Source: Mobula hypostoma (taxonomy: Eukaryota). From it: a stretch of 64,000 nucleotides of DNA. This document shows, one piece after another, positions 24,399 through 37,437 of the stretch. The stretch lies in contig NC_086097.1 of NCBI RefSeq assembly GCF_963921235.1, positions 61,878,001 to 61,942,000 on the forward strand. Reading direction: 5' to 3'. Each line of letters begins with the position of its first letter. Positions within the stretch are counted from its first letter, which is position 1. The notes under the pieces were generated by a model. That model had not been told where the DNA came from and made no database searches. It saw nothing but the letters and a program-made list of their open reading frames with translations. A program made the translations under genes and the position numbers.

Positions 24399-25149
24399 TT
24401 TTAGATAATATAGGTCAACAAACAATGCTGTAAATTAATTGCTTGGGTTGAATAGATCATATGGGAGAATATAAAATAACAATTCACTAAGGTTAGATAA
24501 GTTTTTGAGAAGTTATGACTTGTTTGAAATTGATGAGTTCTGATTATATAGGATTTGAAATGGAACTTGTTGAAAGTAATTAAGAAATGCTTAAATTAGA
24601 TTTGCAAAAAATAAGAGCATAAGATTCAATGTATGTAAGAACAGATATCTTAATAGAACTGAGATATAAATAAGTCCAGAAGTAATACCGGATAACTGAC
24701 TGCCTGACTACAGATATTTATAATATTAACAAATTAAGTATTTTAAACTAAATTAAGCAGCATGAATAACATGATATCGAGGCTTGAAGGTTGCGTATTG
24801 AATGATAATGTAAGTTTAATGAGATTAATTAAGACATGGCTAATGCTTGAGAAAACACAGATGTTTCACTTCTTTGGGATTAAAATGGATCTGAAAGTAA
24901 AATAGTGGCATTTTTTAGAAATATATGCTATGACAATATTATTTATTATTTTATGTATTCTTCATAATATTATTATAATATATATATATATATCAGGACT
25001 AGGATCACTGCAATGCACAACCTGTGTTCTCCTGCTGGGAAGTGTGCTTTTCAACTGTCTGTACAACCTGATATTTTTGAAGTATCCTGAAATATTCGGT
25101 GCACTGGACTCTCAAGACTTCAAGTACAACTGTGGTAGCCATTACTGAA

Positions 25150-25650
25150 GTGGACTTGAGGACAGTCTGAACCAAAACAGCAGAGTTCAGCATGAGAGTG
25201 GATAACGAACAGTTTTCTGCCCGATTTGAGCGCCGAGCCAGATTAAAAAGATTAAGGCTTTGAGGTCAAGGATGGAGAGCTAGCTCGTGCTCGGCTCACT
25301 ACATCGTTACACTGAGAAGCTTTATTGGCTTCAGCGCTGAACTGATCATGCAGCTGAGGCCCATGCCTCAGTGCTGATCCTGGCTCTGTGGCTGTGGCCT
25401 GCATGCAACCACCAGGCTGCTGGACTGTCTGTGGTGCTGAACCAGCTACAAGGCTGTAGATTTACTTAGGGGAACTCTGTGACTCATGCCTGTGGATTGT
25501 TTGTGTGATTTGTTCTTTCTTTTTCACACATTGGATGTATGAGTGTTTTTGTGGTGTGTTTCTTTGTGTTGTGACTGCCTGCAAGAGGCTGAATCTCAAG
25601 GTTGTATATGTTATACATACTTTGATAATAAATGTACTTTGAACTTTGAT
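25150..25650 (+). mobile_element. Degenerate non-autonomous retroposon with a TTTGAAC-type tail
   Basis: Ends ..TCTCAAGGTTGTATATG..AATAAATGTACTTTGAACTTTGA, similar to the end at ~39575-39628; 5' boundary uncertain. Confidence 0.45.
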
Positions 25651-26059
25651 TTAAGTTGCTTAAAGGATAGATCTAAGCTAAGTTACAGTTATGATCAATA
25701 TTGTTGCAAATGTGAACACCAATAGCTTAATTAGAAGGTATTTTGGAATATTAGATGTGTTTAGAATAATGTTAGATTACCTGCTATGTAACAGTTATGT
25801 CAATCAAGAGCAGTAGACTTCATTCTTACCTTTGGAATAAAGCTGACACTAAGCACAAAGCCTGAACTAAAAATAATGGTCCCTATGACTCATTAAAAGT
25901 GAACAGGAAAATAGTCAAAATTATGCAGAATGTTCATTGACACCTCATGTACTCAAGGCCTGAACATAATATGTCTAAAGCACTGCTTAAAGACAACTAC
26001 ACTCCTTAAATTGGTTCTAGCCTTTCAAATTCTTAAAGTTGGAACCTGCCACAGATTAG

Positions 26060-26214
26060 AGAAAATCTGCAGAAGCTGGAAATCCAAGCATAACACACAC
26101 AAAATGCTGGAGGAACTCAGCAGACCAGGCAGTATCTATGGAAAAGAGTATAGTTGATGTTTTCGGCTGAGACCCTTCAGAAAGGCTAAGTTCCTCCAAT
26201 ATTTTGTTTGTGTG
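26060..26214. mobile_element. Penelope-type 3'-end repeat in fold-back (inverted) arrangement
   Basis: CACACACAAAATGCTGGAGGAACTCAGC (26094-26121) and its imperfect reverse complement at 26185-26214. Confidence 0.7.
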
Positions 26215-26539
26215 ACCTGTTAGATTGTCAAAATTGGTAACAATTTTGAGATTTTTAGGTTCGCGGCTGGTATAGAATCAGAACCAAGTAGTTTCCAGAC
26301 TAGTGCACAGGCTACAGCCAAAAAATGACAGAGTTATCAAAGTTGGGTATTGTATTAATGGACAGAGCTGAAATACTATAACTTCAACTTCAGTGAGATT
26401 CTCCATAACAGTCTTAATTCAGGCCTCTTCTTAGCACTCGTCACCTAGTTAACATAAACAACGCTACTGTACCTTTCTCCTCTGGTCTTTTACAATATGG
26501 GAATAATTTAAAGAGTATAAGAATCTGGCAGCTTCTCTG

Positions 26540-26750
26540 GAAAAGGAATGTGCAAGAGGTAATTGGTTCAGAAGTTTCATTGCAGTGGGGAAGAAGTTGC
26601 TCTTGAGTCCAGATATCCAGGCTTTCAAACTCCTGTATCTTCTCCTAGAAGGTAGAAAGCGGAAAAGGGAATGGCTAAAACGGCAAGCATCCTTGACAAT
26701 ACCAATAGCCTTCCTGATGTAAAGCACTGTGAAAATTGTCTGAATGGAAG
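26540..26750 (-). mobile_element. Rex1/Babar-type LINE fragment
   Basis: RKAIGIVKD..HSLFRFLPSRRRYRSLKA..LKSNFFPTAMKLLN in ORF 26464-26727. Confidence 0.7.
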
Positions 26751-27282
26751 GATGTGGTAAACAAAGCTGGCTAAAAATAATCTGAGTTTAAGGCAAAAAT
26801 TTCAAAGTCAACACAAGTATCACAGAAACCCGAAGAGAACAATCTGACAGGTATATTAATAAATAACACTTGTGAAAGCAGCTTGAACAACCAGAAATCA
26901 TTTGTCTAAAACCATAGATTCACTACACTACCTGGATAAGAACCTGACAAACTAACTGTTGATATAAATCTGCTTCCCACACTCTTCTCAAATCAATCTG
27001 ATGCCCTGTCACATTATGAACTATATAAACCCAGGTGCAGCCAGCAGTTTCAGCTGCTCCAATGACTATACGGACTGGGCTTTTGCAAGCCTGTGAGAAG
27101 ACAAGTGATTTCACCCCATCACTGGATCACAATGAAGAACCCACTCATGCTGGGCTTCCCCCACAGCGTACTGATTAGGTTACTGAGTTAACTACCAAAG
27201 TTGTAGAATAATTGATCCAAAGATGGCAATTAATTTAAACTCAAATAACTAAATAAACATGAAACAGAAGAATATTAGACTT

Positions 27283-27892
27283 TGTAATAGTAACAATTGC
27301 AATACTCCGTCCGTCGGCTGCATAAGTCTAGGGGAGACACCCTCGGACCTGCCAAATGTGGGAGATTGAGGTGCAAGCCTCCCAGATCACCTTTTTTTGT
27401 GTGGATGATGCGTGATTTGTTACCCTGTTACAAATAAGTACCACAGAATAACAGACAGAAACACCGCATACAATTAAAAGATTTAGCTTTATAATTCTTA
27501 ATTTGACTAAAGGGATAATAAAGAAAAAGCAAAAAAGAGAAAAGGGCCAATGTTAAATGAAACAGTCTAATGTGCACAAGCTGGAGCTCACAGTTAGCTC
27601 TTCGCCGATCCTCCTTCGATCTCCCCGGGCTTCACCGAATCACAGCTCCACTCTGGGTCAACTCCTCCAACCTCTTCTCTCCAGCGTCTTCTCCCTTCTC
27701 CCCTCCCAAAAGCCCCAAGCCCAACCTTCGTCTCCCTCACCAGAGAAACCTCCCTGAATCCGTTCATCCCAACTGGATGGTACATATATCTCCTATCTCT
27801 TATCTTCGACAGTAACCCAAACAAGCAGCTTCAATAGAAAAAGAAAAGCATAACAAAGAAAAGATATGAACCATGTGAACCAGGGCATTACA
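27283..27892 (-). mobile_element. Probable solo LTR (third family)
   Basis: Inverted termini TGTAAT..ATTACA and LTR-like composition; no matching TSD found, so boundaries are tentative. Confidence 0.45.
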
Positions 27893-28739
27893 CAGTGAAG
27901 CTGCTGGACTGTTATAAAGGTTACATTGGCTGGATCAGAGGGGGGAATCTACCATTCTTACATGATCTGAACCTACATGTGACTCCAGACTTGGCAAAAT
28001 TGTCAATTGTTTCCAGGTAATTAGGAACGGTCAATAATTAAAAGCATTGACATACAAAGATGATTGTTGGATGGTGAGGGCAGGATTTTTGAACCGCAGG
28101 TCAATCAGACCTGGCATTGGGAAGGAGATTGCATTATTTCAATAGGTTTCGAGGTCCAGATTATGTTAAGTAAAATCATATTTTATTTTATTTTTTTAAT
28201 TATCCTAAGTTTTTTGTGTTGTTTCAATGTTATTATTGCATCTTAATCATTTTTTTAAAAAAAATTATTAAATGTTATGGTCCAGGTAATTTTCGTAGTA
28301 AAGTTATTGAAAATCTGTTACAGTGTGATGACAGGCTTTGAGAGACTGAAGCTCAACTCCAGCTTTTCATCCTGTCAAAGGCTGTCAAGACCGATCTAAG
28401 ACGGGGTCTCAGCACTAAATTGCCCACAGTCACAAAGGCCTGGCAATGCCTTGCTGGGTCCCCACTTAGTGTAAGGAGCATTTCATCATCCCTCAACATT
28501 GCTCCAAGCAAACGCAATCAAACAGGGGATACAAACGAGGAGCCCAAGCTTAAGTAAACTCAGTCTCGATTCAGTCCACTGGTTTAATTGAGTCTATATT
28601 CTATTTAGATAACTGTCTGTAGCATGTAAAGGGATTCATGCATCAGTTTATGCAATTCAGGCATGGAATTAATTCCTGTGGGTAGATGGCAGTGCACTTA
28701 GATGCAGTGGCCTCTCTGGATCCATCAGAAGGTGTAATT

Positions 28740-28965
28740 TGTTATGTTTTTTAACTCCTAAACATTAAAGCTAATTGAAAGGAAAACAAGGGAGCCAGGA
28801 ATCTGAGTCTAACTTCTTTTTTACCTTAAGCGAGATGCATACAGGGTGGTGGGATGATGTATGCCATTCACGTACTATTACAGATAACCTGTCATGCATT
28901 ATGTAACCAACAAAGAAAGCTTAATTAAATAATATACATATTTACAATATACTCAAATATACAAA
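28740..28965 (-). mobile_element. Degenerate LTR of the Gypsy A family
   Basis: TGTTATGTTTTTTAACTCCTAAACATTAAA..CCAGGAATCTGAGTCTAAC parallels 18295 onward. Confidence 0.65.
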
Positions 28966-30134
28966 TTAATTGTTCGCCCTTTTTGTCTTTTTTATGGTCA
29001 CAGGACACTGCAGGATATTAAGAGCATCAAGTGTCACAGGTCTACCACATCAGCAAGACACTAGATAGCAATGTAGCTGGACCTATTGTGTACCATTGTT
29101 GTATTGTTGCCTGAACCTGTCGCGATCTAACCAATGATACAAATCTTGGACATCTTTCTTGTGATCGCAAGACCCTGTTGGACATTGATAACGCAGAATA
29201 CTGCAGATCAGTTCACTGGGACATTGGCGAGACTGACCACAGGGAGCTCCATTGCCTCTGTTGTGGCATGGGCCAGGCTGTCATGGCATAGGCTCTCCTG
29301 TTGCAGCTGCCCAGGAAAGCAGTGTGGACAAGAACAAAGGTTCATATTGGAATCTGTATTGTTTGGGGCTGGCCTCTCCTGTCAGTGTTGATCTCCAGTG
29401 TTCACTTGATGAAAGAAAGTAGGACAACATCCCATGCACCATCAATCTATAGGCCATGCCAATCAGGGTTTTGAGCTATTTTTTCGTGACTCTGCCTTTG
29501 TACCTTGGCCCCAGAGAAACGCTGTTTCATTTGGCTGTATTCACGTATGATTTAATGATGATTAAACTTGAAGTTGAACTTGAACTTGAAGTATTTTACA
29601 ACATGAAAAGCATGCAAACCAAGGTCCAATAACAAAACAAAGTACTGATTACCTTAGGTGCAATCACAGAATAAAACTTACCAAAGAAAATACATGTTTT
29701 CATACTGCTTGTTAAAGAAAGTTTATGAAAAGGACTCTTAATTAGCTCTTCAGTGATGGTAAACCTTGAAGATTATTAAGCCTTTCATCATAGATCTAAC
29801 AATAATGCTAGGTGGCAAGTTCTAAGATCCATGAAGTTCTGGTTAAAGGAGACGGAAATGGAATATTTGCTGGGAATACTAAGCACAGTTAGCTTTCTAT
29901 CTCAGCCAAAGGTGAACCATCAGCAGAGCAAATTCACATCTCAACAAGAAGCTTAGTCATTTTTATAGACTAAAGAAAATTAATGCTTAGACCAACCCTG
30001 CTCTGAACTTTCCTCCTTTTCTGCACCTTGTAGACCCATTGGGAACCTTAATATTTAAAGTACTGGTGCTGAGATTTTCACGCCTTGGATTCTTCCACCT
30101 ACCTAACTCAGACAGAAAGTTTTTCAGAGGCAGC

Positions 30135-30430
30135 CACAAGAGTCTGTAAATGCTGGAACTCTGGAGCATCACACAAAAGTTGGAGAAACTCAGCAGGTCT
30201 GGTGGCATCTATGAAGGCTAATGGACAGTCAACTTTTCAAGTTAAGATCCTTCATTAGGATTGGAAAAAATAGGGAAAATAACCAGTATCATCTACTAGC
30301 CTTTGAACCCCCCCCCCACCACTGATTCGCTATCTCCCTACTTTCTTTCTCATCCTGATAAAGAAAACAACCCAAAATGTTGACTGTCCATTTCTTTCCA
30401 GAGATGCTGCCCAACCGATTGAGTTCCTCT
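30135..30430. mobile_element. Penelope-type 3'-end repeat, two arms in inverted orientation
   Basis: AATGGACAGTCAAC (30220-30233) / GTTGACTGTCCATT (30379-30392) form a perfect inverted repeat within longer imperfect arms. Confidence 0.7.
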
Positions 30431-30734
30431 TCAATGGTAGGTTAATGAGATCCAAAATTGAAAACCTGATACGGTAACTCAATTTCTCTTGTGGATAGTA
30501 ACCTCAGAAAGATAGTGTGGTGCACACAATCCTGTTTACATCAATGGAGTTGATGTCAAGAGAACTCAGAGCTTCAGATTCCTATGTTTAAGCATCAGCA
30601 ATCCCCTGCCCTGCTCCTACCACACTGACCCAAGAATACTCATAAATTCTTCTAGGTTCACTGTGTACAAAGCCCTAAACTCAAAAGAAGATATTAAGCC
30701 CTATCCAATATACACTAAGTGTCCCTGGCTACGA

Positions 30735-31410
30735 TAGATTAGATTAGATTAGATTATGAGGACACTCAGTCCTCATTTATTGTCATTTAGAAATGAATGC
30801 ATTAAAAAATGATACAATGTTCCTCCAGTATGATATCACAGAAACACAAGACGGACCAAGATTAAAACTGACAAAAAACACATAATTATAACATATAGTT
30901 ACAACAATGCAAAGCAATACCGTAATTTGATAAGAGCAGACCATGGGCATGGTAAAAAAATGTCTCAAAGTCCCGATAGCCCCAACATCTCAGGCAGACG
31001 GTAGAAGGGAGGAACACTCCCTGCCATGAGCTTCCAGCGCTGCAAACTTGCCAATGCAGCATCCTGGAAGCACCCGACCACAGTCCAACTCTGAATCCAT
31101 CCGAAAACTTCGAGCCTCCGACCAGCCCTCCGACACCAAGCACTGAACACCATCTCTGCCAAGTTTTTCCATCCGCCGAGCAATAAGCAAAGCCAAGGGT
31201 TCGGGGCCTTCCCCTCCGGAGATTTCAGATCACACAGTAGCGTGGCAGTGAAACAGGCATTTCAGAAGTTTCACCAGATGTTCCTCCGTGCTCTCACATC
31301 TGCCTCCATCAAATCAGACTTGTGCATGGTATCCTACTTGACAGATAACAGATATCATCACTGGAGAGGCGCGCGCGCTGCATCGTGTTGCCATCTTCTC
31401 CTCCTCCTCA
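30735..31410 (-). mobile_element. ~650-bp non-autonomous retroposon, copy 1
   Basis: Similar end to end to 41381-42058 and 61676-62300; (ATCTA)n tail; 5' GAGGAGAAGATGGC. Confidence 0.85.
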
Positions 31411-32459
31411 CTAGATAGAGTTTGTACTGCATCCACCCACTACATATGCAGTACTGTATTCACCGACTCTTCAAGACCTAACTTATTGCCCTGTCTAGTC
31501 ATTGTGGTGAGGTTTAGCTGCCAATATCCACTGCTAGAGTGATGGTTGCCCCCACTTACCAAGGAGGAGATATTTCCATGTAACAAAGTAACTTAAACAA
31601 AGTTTATTTTATTTTTAATGACACATATTTATAGTTAGGCAAATAGGTCATAACACACATTTAGCATTTACAGAGGATTTCTAAATTTTAAAAGATTTCC
31701 AAATTACAAAAGATTTAAAACTACTAAAGGTTTTCCAAACACAGGTAAAATTCTTATGAACTAAAAGAGCATATCAATGGATTGCAGGTGAACGAGTTGT
31801 CCATCGTGGAAAGCGAAGACTGAGAAATGAATTCTAGTTCAGCTTTCTGTCAAGCCATATTTCCGTCATTGTCATCTCCAATGCTTTCTAATATTTATAT
31901 AATTAGTTGCATTTGATGTTTCTCAGACACCTTTGTTGTGACAAAATAATTCACACAGTTGGTCTAAAAGCTTTTGGGATAGAATCCCAGATATCACATT
32001 TAATGCTGTGAGGGCAGAGTCTCTGAATACACAACTATCCCAACTATTGATTAATCATACCTGAGGCTATGTTTGATGTGGTAATTGACAAATCCTTATT
32101 GCCTTTTGTTGGCTAATGCACTCAAGATGTTTCATGGTCACTTCACTTTGCAAACCACATCTCTTGGCAGCCATCTACCATCACCCTCATTTCCCACCAC
32201 TGTGGGCCAGCAGCCTATACTCTATAACACCGTTTGCAAAGTTGTCCTTTTAACTTCAGACTGAATACTGCTTGCACTTTACATTAAGAACTGAAGACTC
32301 ATTCTTGTTTTCAACAAGAAGCAAAGCAAGAAATATTGGTTAGATGTTTAATTTTGTCACAAACAGCTTTGACCCTTTGGAAACGTTATGCTACTGTACT
32401 AAACAATTAAGGTTAGTAATAAGCATTTTGGGCCCTGGAAAGTGAATTTCCATCACAGT

Positions 32460-33050
32460 ATGCCTGTTTTGACCCTCACCATTTTTTATTGATGCACCAC
32501 AGAAAGTATCCTATCTGGATCCTTCATGGCACCTGCTCGATCCATGCTGCAATAAAGTCCGGGGAGAGTGGACACGGTTCAGCACATTACAGAAACCCAC
32601 CTCCCATCCATGGACTCCACTTACACTTCTTGCTGCCTCAGTAAAGCAGCCTGGTTTCTCAAAAACCTCACCCACCCCAGACATTCTCTCTTCTTCACCC
32701 TCTCATTGGGTAGAACATACCACATCATTTACCACCAGGCTCAAGGCCTGCTGCTACCCAACTATTATAAGACTATTATACTATTATCTTATTGTAATAC
32801 TCTAGTAGGATAAGATAGATTCTTGACCTCTTAATCTACCTTGTTATGACATTGAACCCTATTGTCTACCTGTACTCAACTTTCCAAGTAACTGTAATAC
32901 TTTATTCTGCATTCTGTGACTTTCTTACCCTGTACTACCCTAATACCCTGTTATAATGCATTAATTAGTATAAGTGGTATGGAACAGCATGGAACACAAG
33001 CTTTTCCATTTAGCTCGGTATATGTGACAGTAATGAACCAATTTACCAAG
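32460..33050 (+). mobile_element. Rex1/Babar-type LINE 3' fragment (its upstream part is probably 30500-30635)
   Basis: VDTVQHITETHLPSMDSTYTSCCLSKAA..HPRHSLF..GRTY plus a Rex-type 3' UTR. Confidence 0.65.
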
Positions 33051-36000
33051 TTGTTTTAATATATGCTGCCTGACCTGTTGAATGTCTCTAGTTTTTCCTG
33101 TTTAATATTTCAGATTTTCAGCAAGAAGAGTCCCAAACCTGAAATGCTACTTCTTTTCTCCATACAGCCATTGCCTGACCTGCTAATTTTTACTAAAACT
33201 ACCATATCCAGCAAATCAATGTCAGTTAATTTTCCCTCATAATCCTGGCAAACAGAATCGTTCTAATTTTGAAAAGATCAAGGCAATTGCCTGACATCCT
33301 CTCTTCAATCTCCATCTGTTCCATTAACTCCAAACTTTTCCTGACTCCCATTGTGCTTGTTCAGAAAGTTAAATAAAACATCATGGAATAGAAGACGGTG
33401 CCACATATAAAAAGACATCTGGAGGAAGCCATGCTTACTGGTAGTTAATAGCCTGTGAAGTTCTCTAAAAATACAAGCAAAGTCTCAATCTAAGGAGAAA
33501 TAAGTTGTTTAACATTGATTGATCATTGATTTCTGAATCAGGAATTGTTCTAAAGAGCTGTCAGCGGCAATTCAGACCATGTACAGTAAAGCACATTGGG
33601 CTGAAGCCAGAGCAAATAAACTTTCATGTGGTAAGATGATATGGCTTGTTAAAAATCTCTCAAGTCTTATCCAGGACCCCATTAGCTCTAATTGCCAGTC
33701 CAATGGTAAACACAGCTAACCAGAGACACAGGCCAAAACAGACTGCTTAGTGAAAAGGCCTGGTCAAAAGAATATCAGGCCCAGAAAGAAAATTATTCAA
33801 TTTGTTGTATAATTGATATTTCAATAATATTTGAGTAACCTTGTATATACAGATATTGTTGATTAAGCATTCTTGTTTGTTTCAATAATTCATTCTGGGT
33901 TGTTGTATAAATACATAACTGCATACATCATCACACTACGATGTGATACATGAGCATCTTATTTAAAGTAAACATGAAGTTAGACCCACATTTCAGACTC
34001 ATGAGTCTTCCTTTAAATTGGTTTAATATTTTCAAGTTACAAAACATAACATAAATGTACCCAAAAAGGCTACCAAACTGTTGAAATGCAGTGACACATT
34101 TGAGTTTTTAAAAAGCACAGTGCAGAATGTGTTATTTGGAAGGGAAGACACAATTGAGTTTTTATAAAAGGCAGAAAATAGAAGAACATGAGGTTCATAA
34201 ACAGTGAGGACCAGGAGATAGTAATAAAAAAAAAGTGGCTGGCTGCATCAGAAAGATTGACGTTTTTCATTGCTCCACAGGTAACTAGCTCATGTACACT
34301 GAGATAATTTGACAGTATAAAGCAAATGAAATAGCCAATAAGAAACATGTACCAATTTAGCTGAGTGCATTGGGTTTAAAGGAATACAGATTGTTTTGAA
34401 GCTTAACTGCTTTAGCCAAACTATCTGAAATGAAATTTACTGCTATTTTGAAAGTAATGCAGGAACACTTAGAACCAAAACCATTGTTGATTGCAGAACA
34501 CTTTTGGTTTTATAAGTGGAAGTGAAAGGAAGGGGAATCCATTTCAGTGCATGCGGTTGAATTAAAGAGATTTTATGAGCATTGTCAGTTCAATGATGGG
34601 CTTAATGATGCACTGAGAAATCATTTAGTTTGAGGAAAGTGACAGGAAAGCAATCAAGAACGGCTCCTAAGTGAAGCATAGCTTACATTTAAAAGAGCAA
34701 TTGGAAGTGCTGTATCAATGGAAACAGAATACAGAGAAGCAGTGGAGTTGCAGTCAGGAAGGAAAGTGAGCATGAAAAAAATTGCAGTGTGTCTAGATGG
34801 AGGACTGCCTAGCCAAATAAATAGTTTTGCCATTGTGGCATGCGCTCAGATACACCAGACCAATGCAGATTTAAAGGCAAAATGCGTAGAAAATGCAACA
34901 AAGTAGGTCATATACAAAGAGCATGTAAGGCAGACAAAAATAAGTGGACTGCACAGAGAAGAGAAGAAGATAAAATACTAAGCTGCAATTTCAAAAAGAG
35001 CACTAATCTGCATGCTGTTGGTGATAAATCTGATAAAGAGAGTGACTCAGGACGGAGTAGCCTTTTGATTTCAAATGTAAGAACTGGCAATATTCAACCA
35101 AATGGCTTATACCAGAAGTGAAAGGCAAATTAATTAAAATGGGAATTAAACAACATTTCAGCTGTTTCAGTCATTCCACAAAATGAGCTTGAGAGTAATT
35201 TCAATGACACAAAAATCAAGTCTGCAGATATCCAAGTAAATGAACTTATACTGGAGTAAAGATAACTCCTATGGAAAAGACATTCTTGAAACAACCAGCA
35301 AATCACATTGGACTTGTTTGTCGTAAAAACAGAAGGACCAGCATTGTAGGGACATGATTGGCTGAGACAACTTCAAATTGATTGGAGGTCATTGCACAAT
35401 TTGCATGTCACATACCCCGCATTGAAGCCACCTGAAAGCAAATTAAGTACGGTACTGAATGGTGCCAGAGCAGTGTTCAAAAATAGCATTGTAAAATGTA
35501 AACATAACAAGGGTAAAATATTACATAGAAACATTGGAAACCTACAGGAAACTACAAGCTTTTCAGCCAACATTGCTGTGCCGAACATATACTTACTTCA
35601 GAAATTTGCTAGGGTTACTTATAACCCTCTATTTTTCTAAGCTCCATGTACCTATCCAAGAGTCTCTTAAAAAACCCTGTTGTATCCGCCTCCACCGCCG
35701 TTGTCGGCAGCCCATTCCACGCACTCACGACTCTCTGCATAAAACCTACCCCTGACATCTCCTCTGTACCTACTTCGAAGCACCTTAAAATTATGCCCTC
35801 TCATGTTAGCCATATCAGCCCTGGGAAAAAGCCTCTGACTATCCACACGATCAATGCCAATCATCTTCTTATACACCTCTATCAGGTCACCTCTCATCTT
35901 CTGTTGCTTCAAGGAGAAAAGGCCAAGTTCTCTCAACCTATTCTCATAAGGCATGCCCCCTAATCCAGGCAACATCCTTGTAAATCTTCTCTGCAACCTT

Positions 36001-37437
36001 TCTATAGTTTTCACATCCTTCCTGTAGTGAGGTGACCAGAACTGAGCACGGTTCTCCAAGTGGGGTCTGACCAGGGTCCTAAAGCTGTAACATTACCTCT
36101 TGGCTCTTGAACTTAATCCCATGGTTGACGAAGGCCAATGAACTGTATGCCTTGTTAACCACAGAGTCAACCTGCGCAGCAGCTTTGAGTGTCTTATGGA
36201 TTCAGACCCCAAGATCCCTCTGTTCTTCACACTGCAAGTTTCTTACCATTAATACTATATTCGGCCGTCATATTTGACCTACCAAAATGAACCACTGCGC
36301 ATTTATCTGGGTTGAAATCCATCTGCCATTTCTCAGCCCAGTTTTGTATCCTATCGATCTCCCACTGTAACCTCTGCCAGCCCTCCACACGATCCACAAT
36401 ACCCCCAACCTTTGTGTCATCAGCAAATTTACTCACCCATTACTCCACTTCCTCATCCAGGTTATTTATAGAGATCACGAAGAGAAAGGGTCCCAGAACA
36501 GATCCCTGAGAGACACCACTGGTTACCAAACTCCATGTAGAATATGACCCGTCTGCAACCCCTCTTTGCCTTCTGTGAGCAAGCCAATTCTGGATCCACA
36601 AAGCAAGGTCCCCTTGGATCCAATGACTCCTCACTTTCTCAATAAGTTGTGCACGGGGTACCTTATCAAATGCCTTGCTGAAATCCATATACACTACATC
36701 TACTACTCTACCTTAATTAATATGTTTAGTCACATCCTCAAAAAATTCAAACGGGCTTGTAAGGCACGACCTGCCTTTGACAAAGTCATGCTTACTATTC
36801 TTAATCATATTAGCCTCTCCAAATGTTCATAAATCTTGCCTCTCAGGATCTTTTCCATCAACTTACCAACCACTTAAGTAAGATTCACTGGTCTATAATT
36901 TCCTCGGCTATCTCTACTCCCTTTCTTGAATAGGAAAAAACATCTGCAACCCTCCAATCCTCCAGAATCTCTCCCCTCCCCATTGATGATGCAAAGATCA
37001 TTGCCAGAGGCTCATCAATGTCCTCCCTCGCCTACCACAATAGCCTGGGATACATCTCACCAGGTCCCGATGACTTATCCAACTTGATGCTTTCCAAAAG
37101 CTCCAGCCCATCCTCATTCTTAACGTCTATATGCTCAAGCTTTTCAGTCTGCTCTAAGTCATCCCTGCAATTGCCAAGGTCCTTTTCTGTAGTGAATACT
37201 GAAGCAAATTATTCATTAAGTACCGCCACTACCTCCTCCAGTTCCATACACACTTTTCCACTGCCACACTTGTTTAGTCTTATTCTCTCAGGTATTATCC
37301 TTTTGCTCTTTACATCCTTGTAGAATACCTTGGGGTTTTCCTTGATCCTGCTCACCAAGGCCTTTTTCTGGCCCCTTCCGGCTCTCCTAATTTCATTCTT
37401 AAGCTCCTTCCTGCTAGCCTTATAATTTTCTAGATCT

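Noticed and set aside
27022..27060. TATATAAA box followed by E-box-like motifs
   Set aside because: No downstream gene structure; such motifs are common by chance.
31503..32457. Possible further LTR in unassigned sequence
   Set aside because: Could not find matching termini with a TSD.
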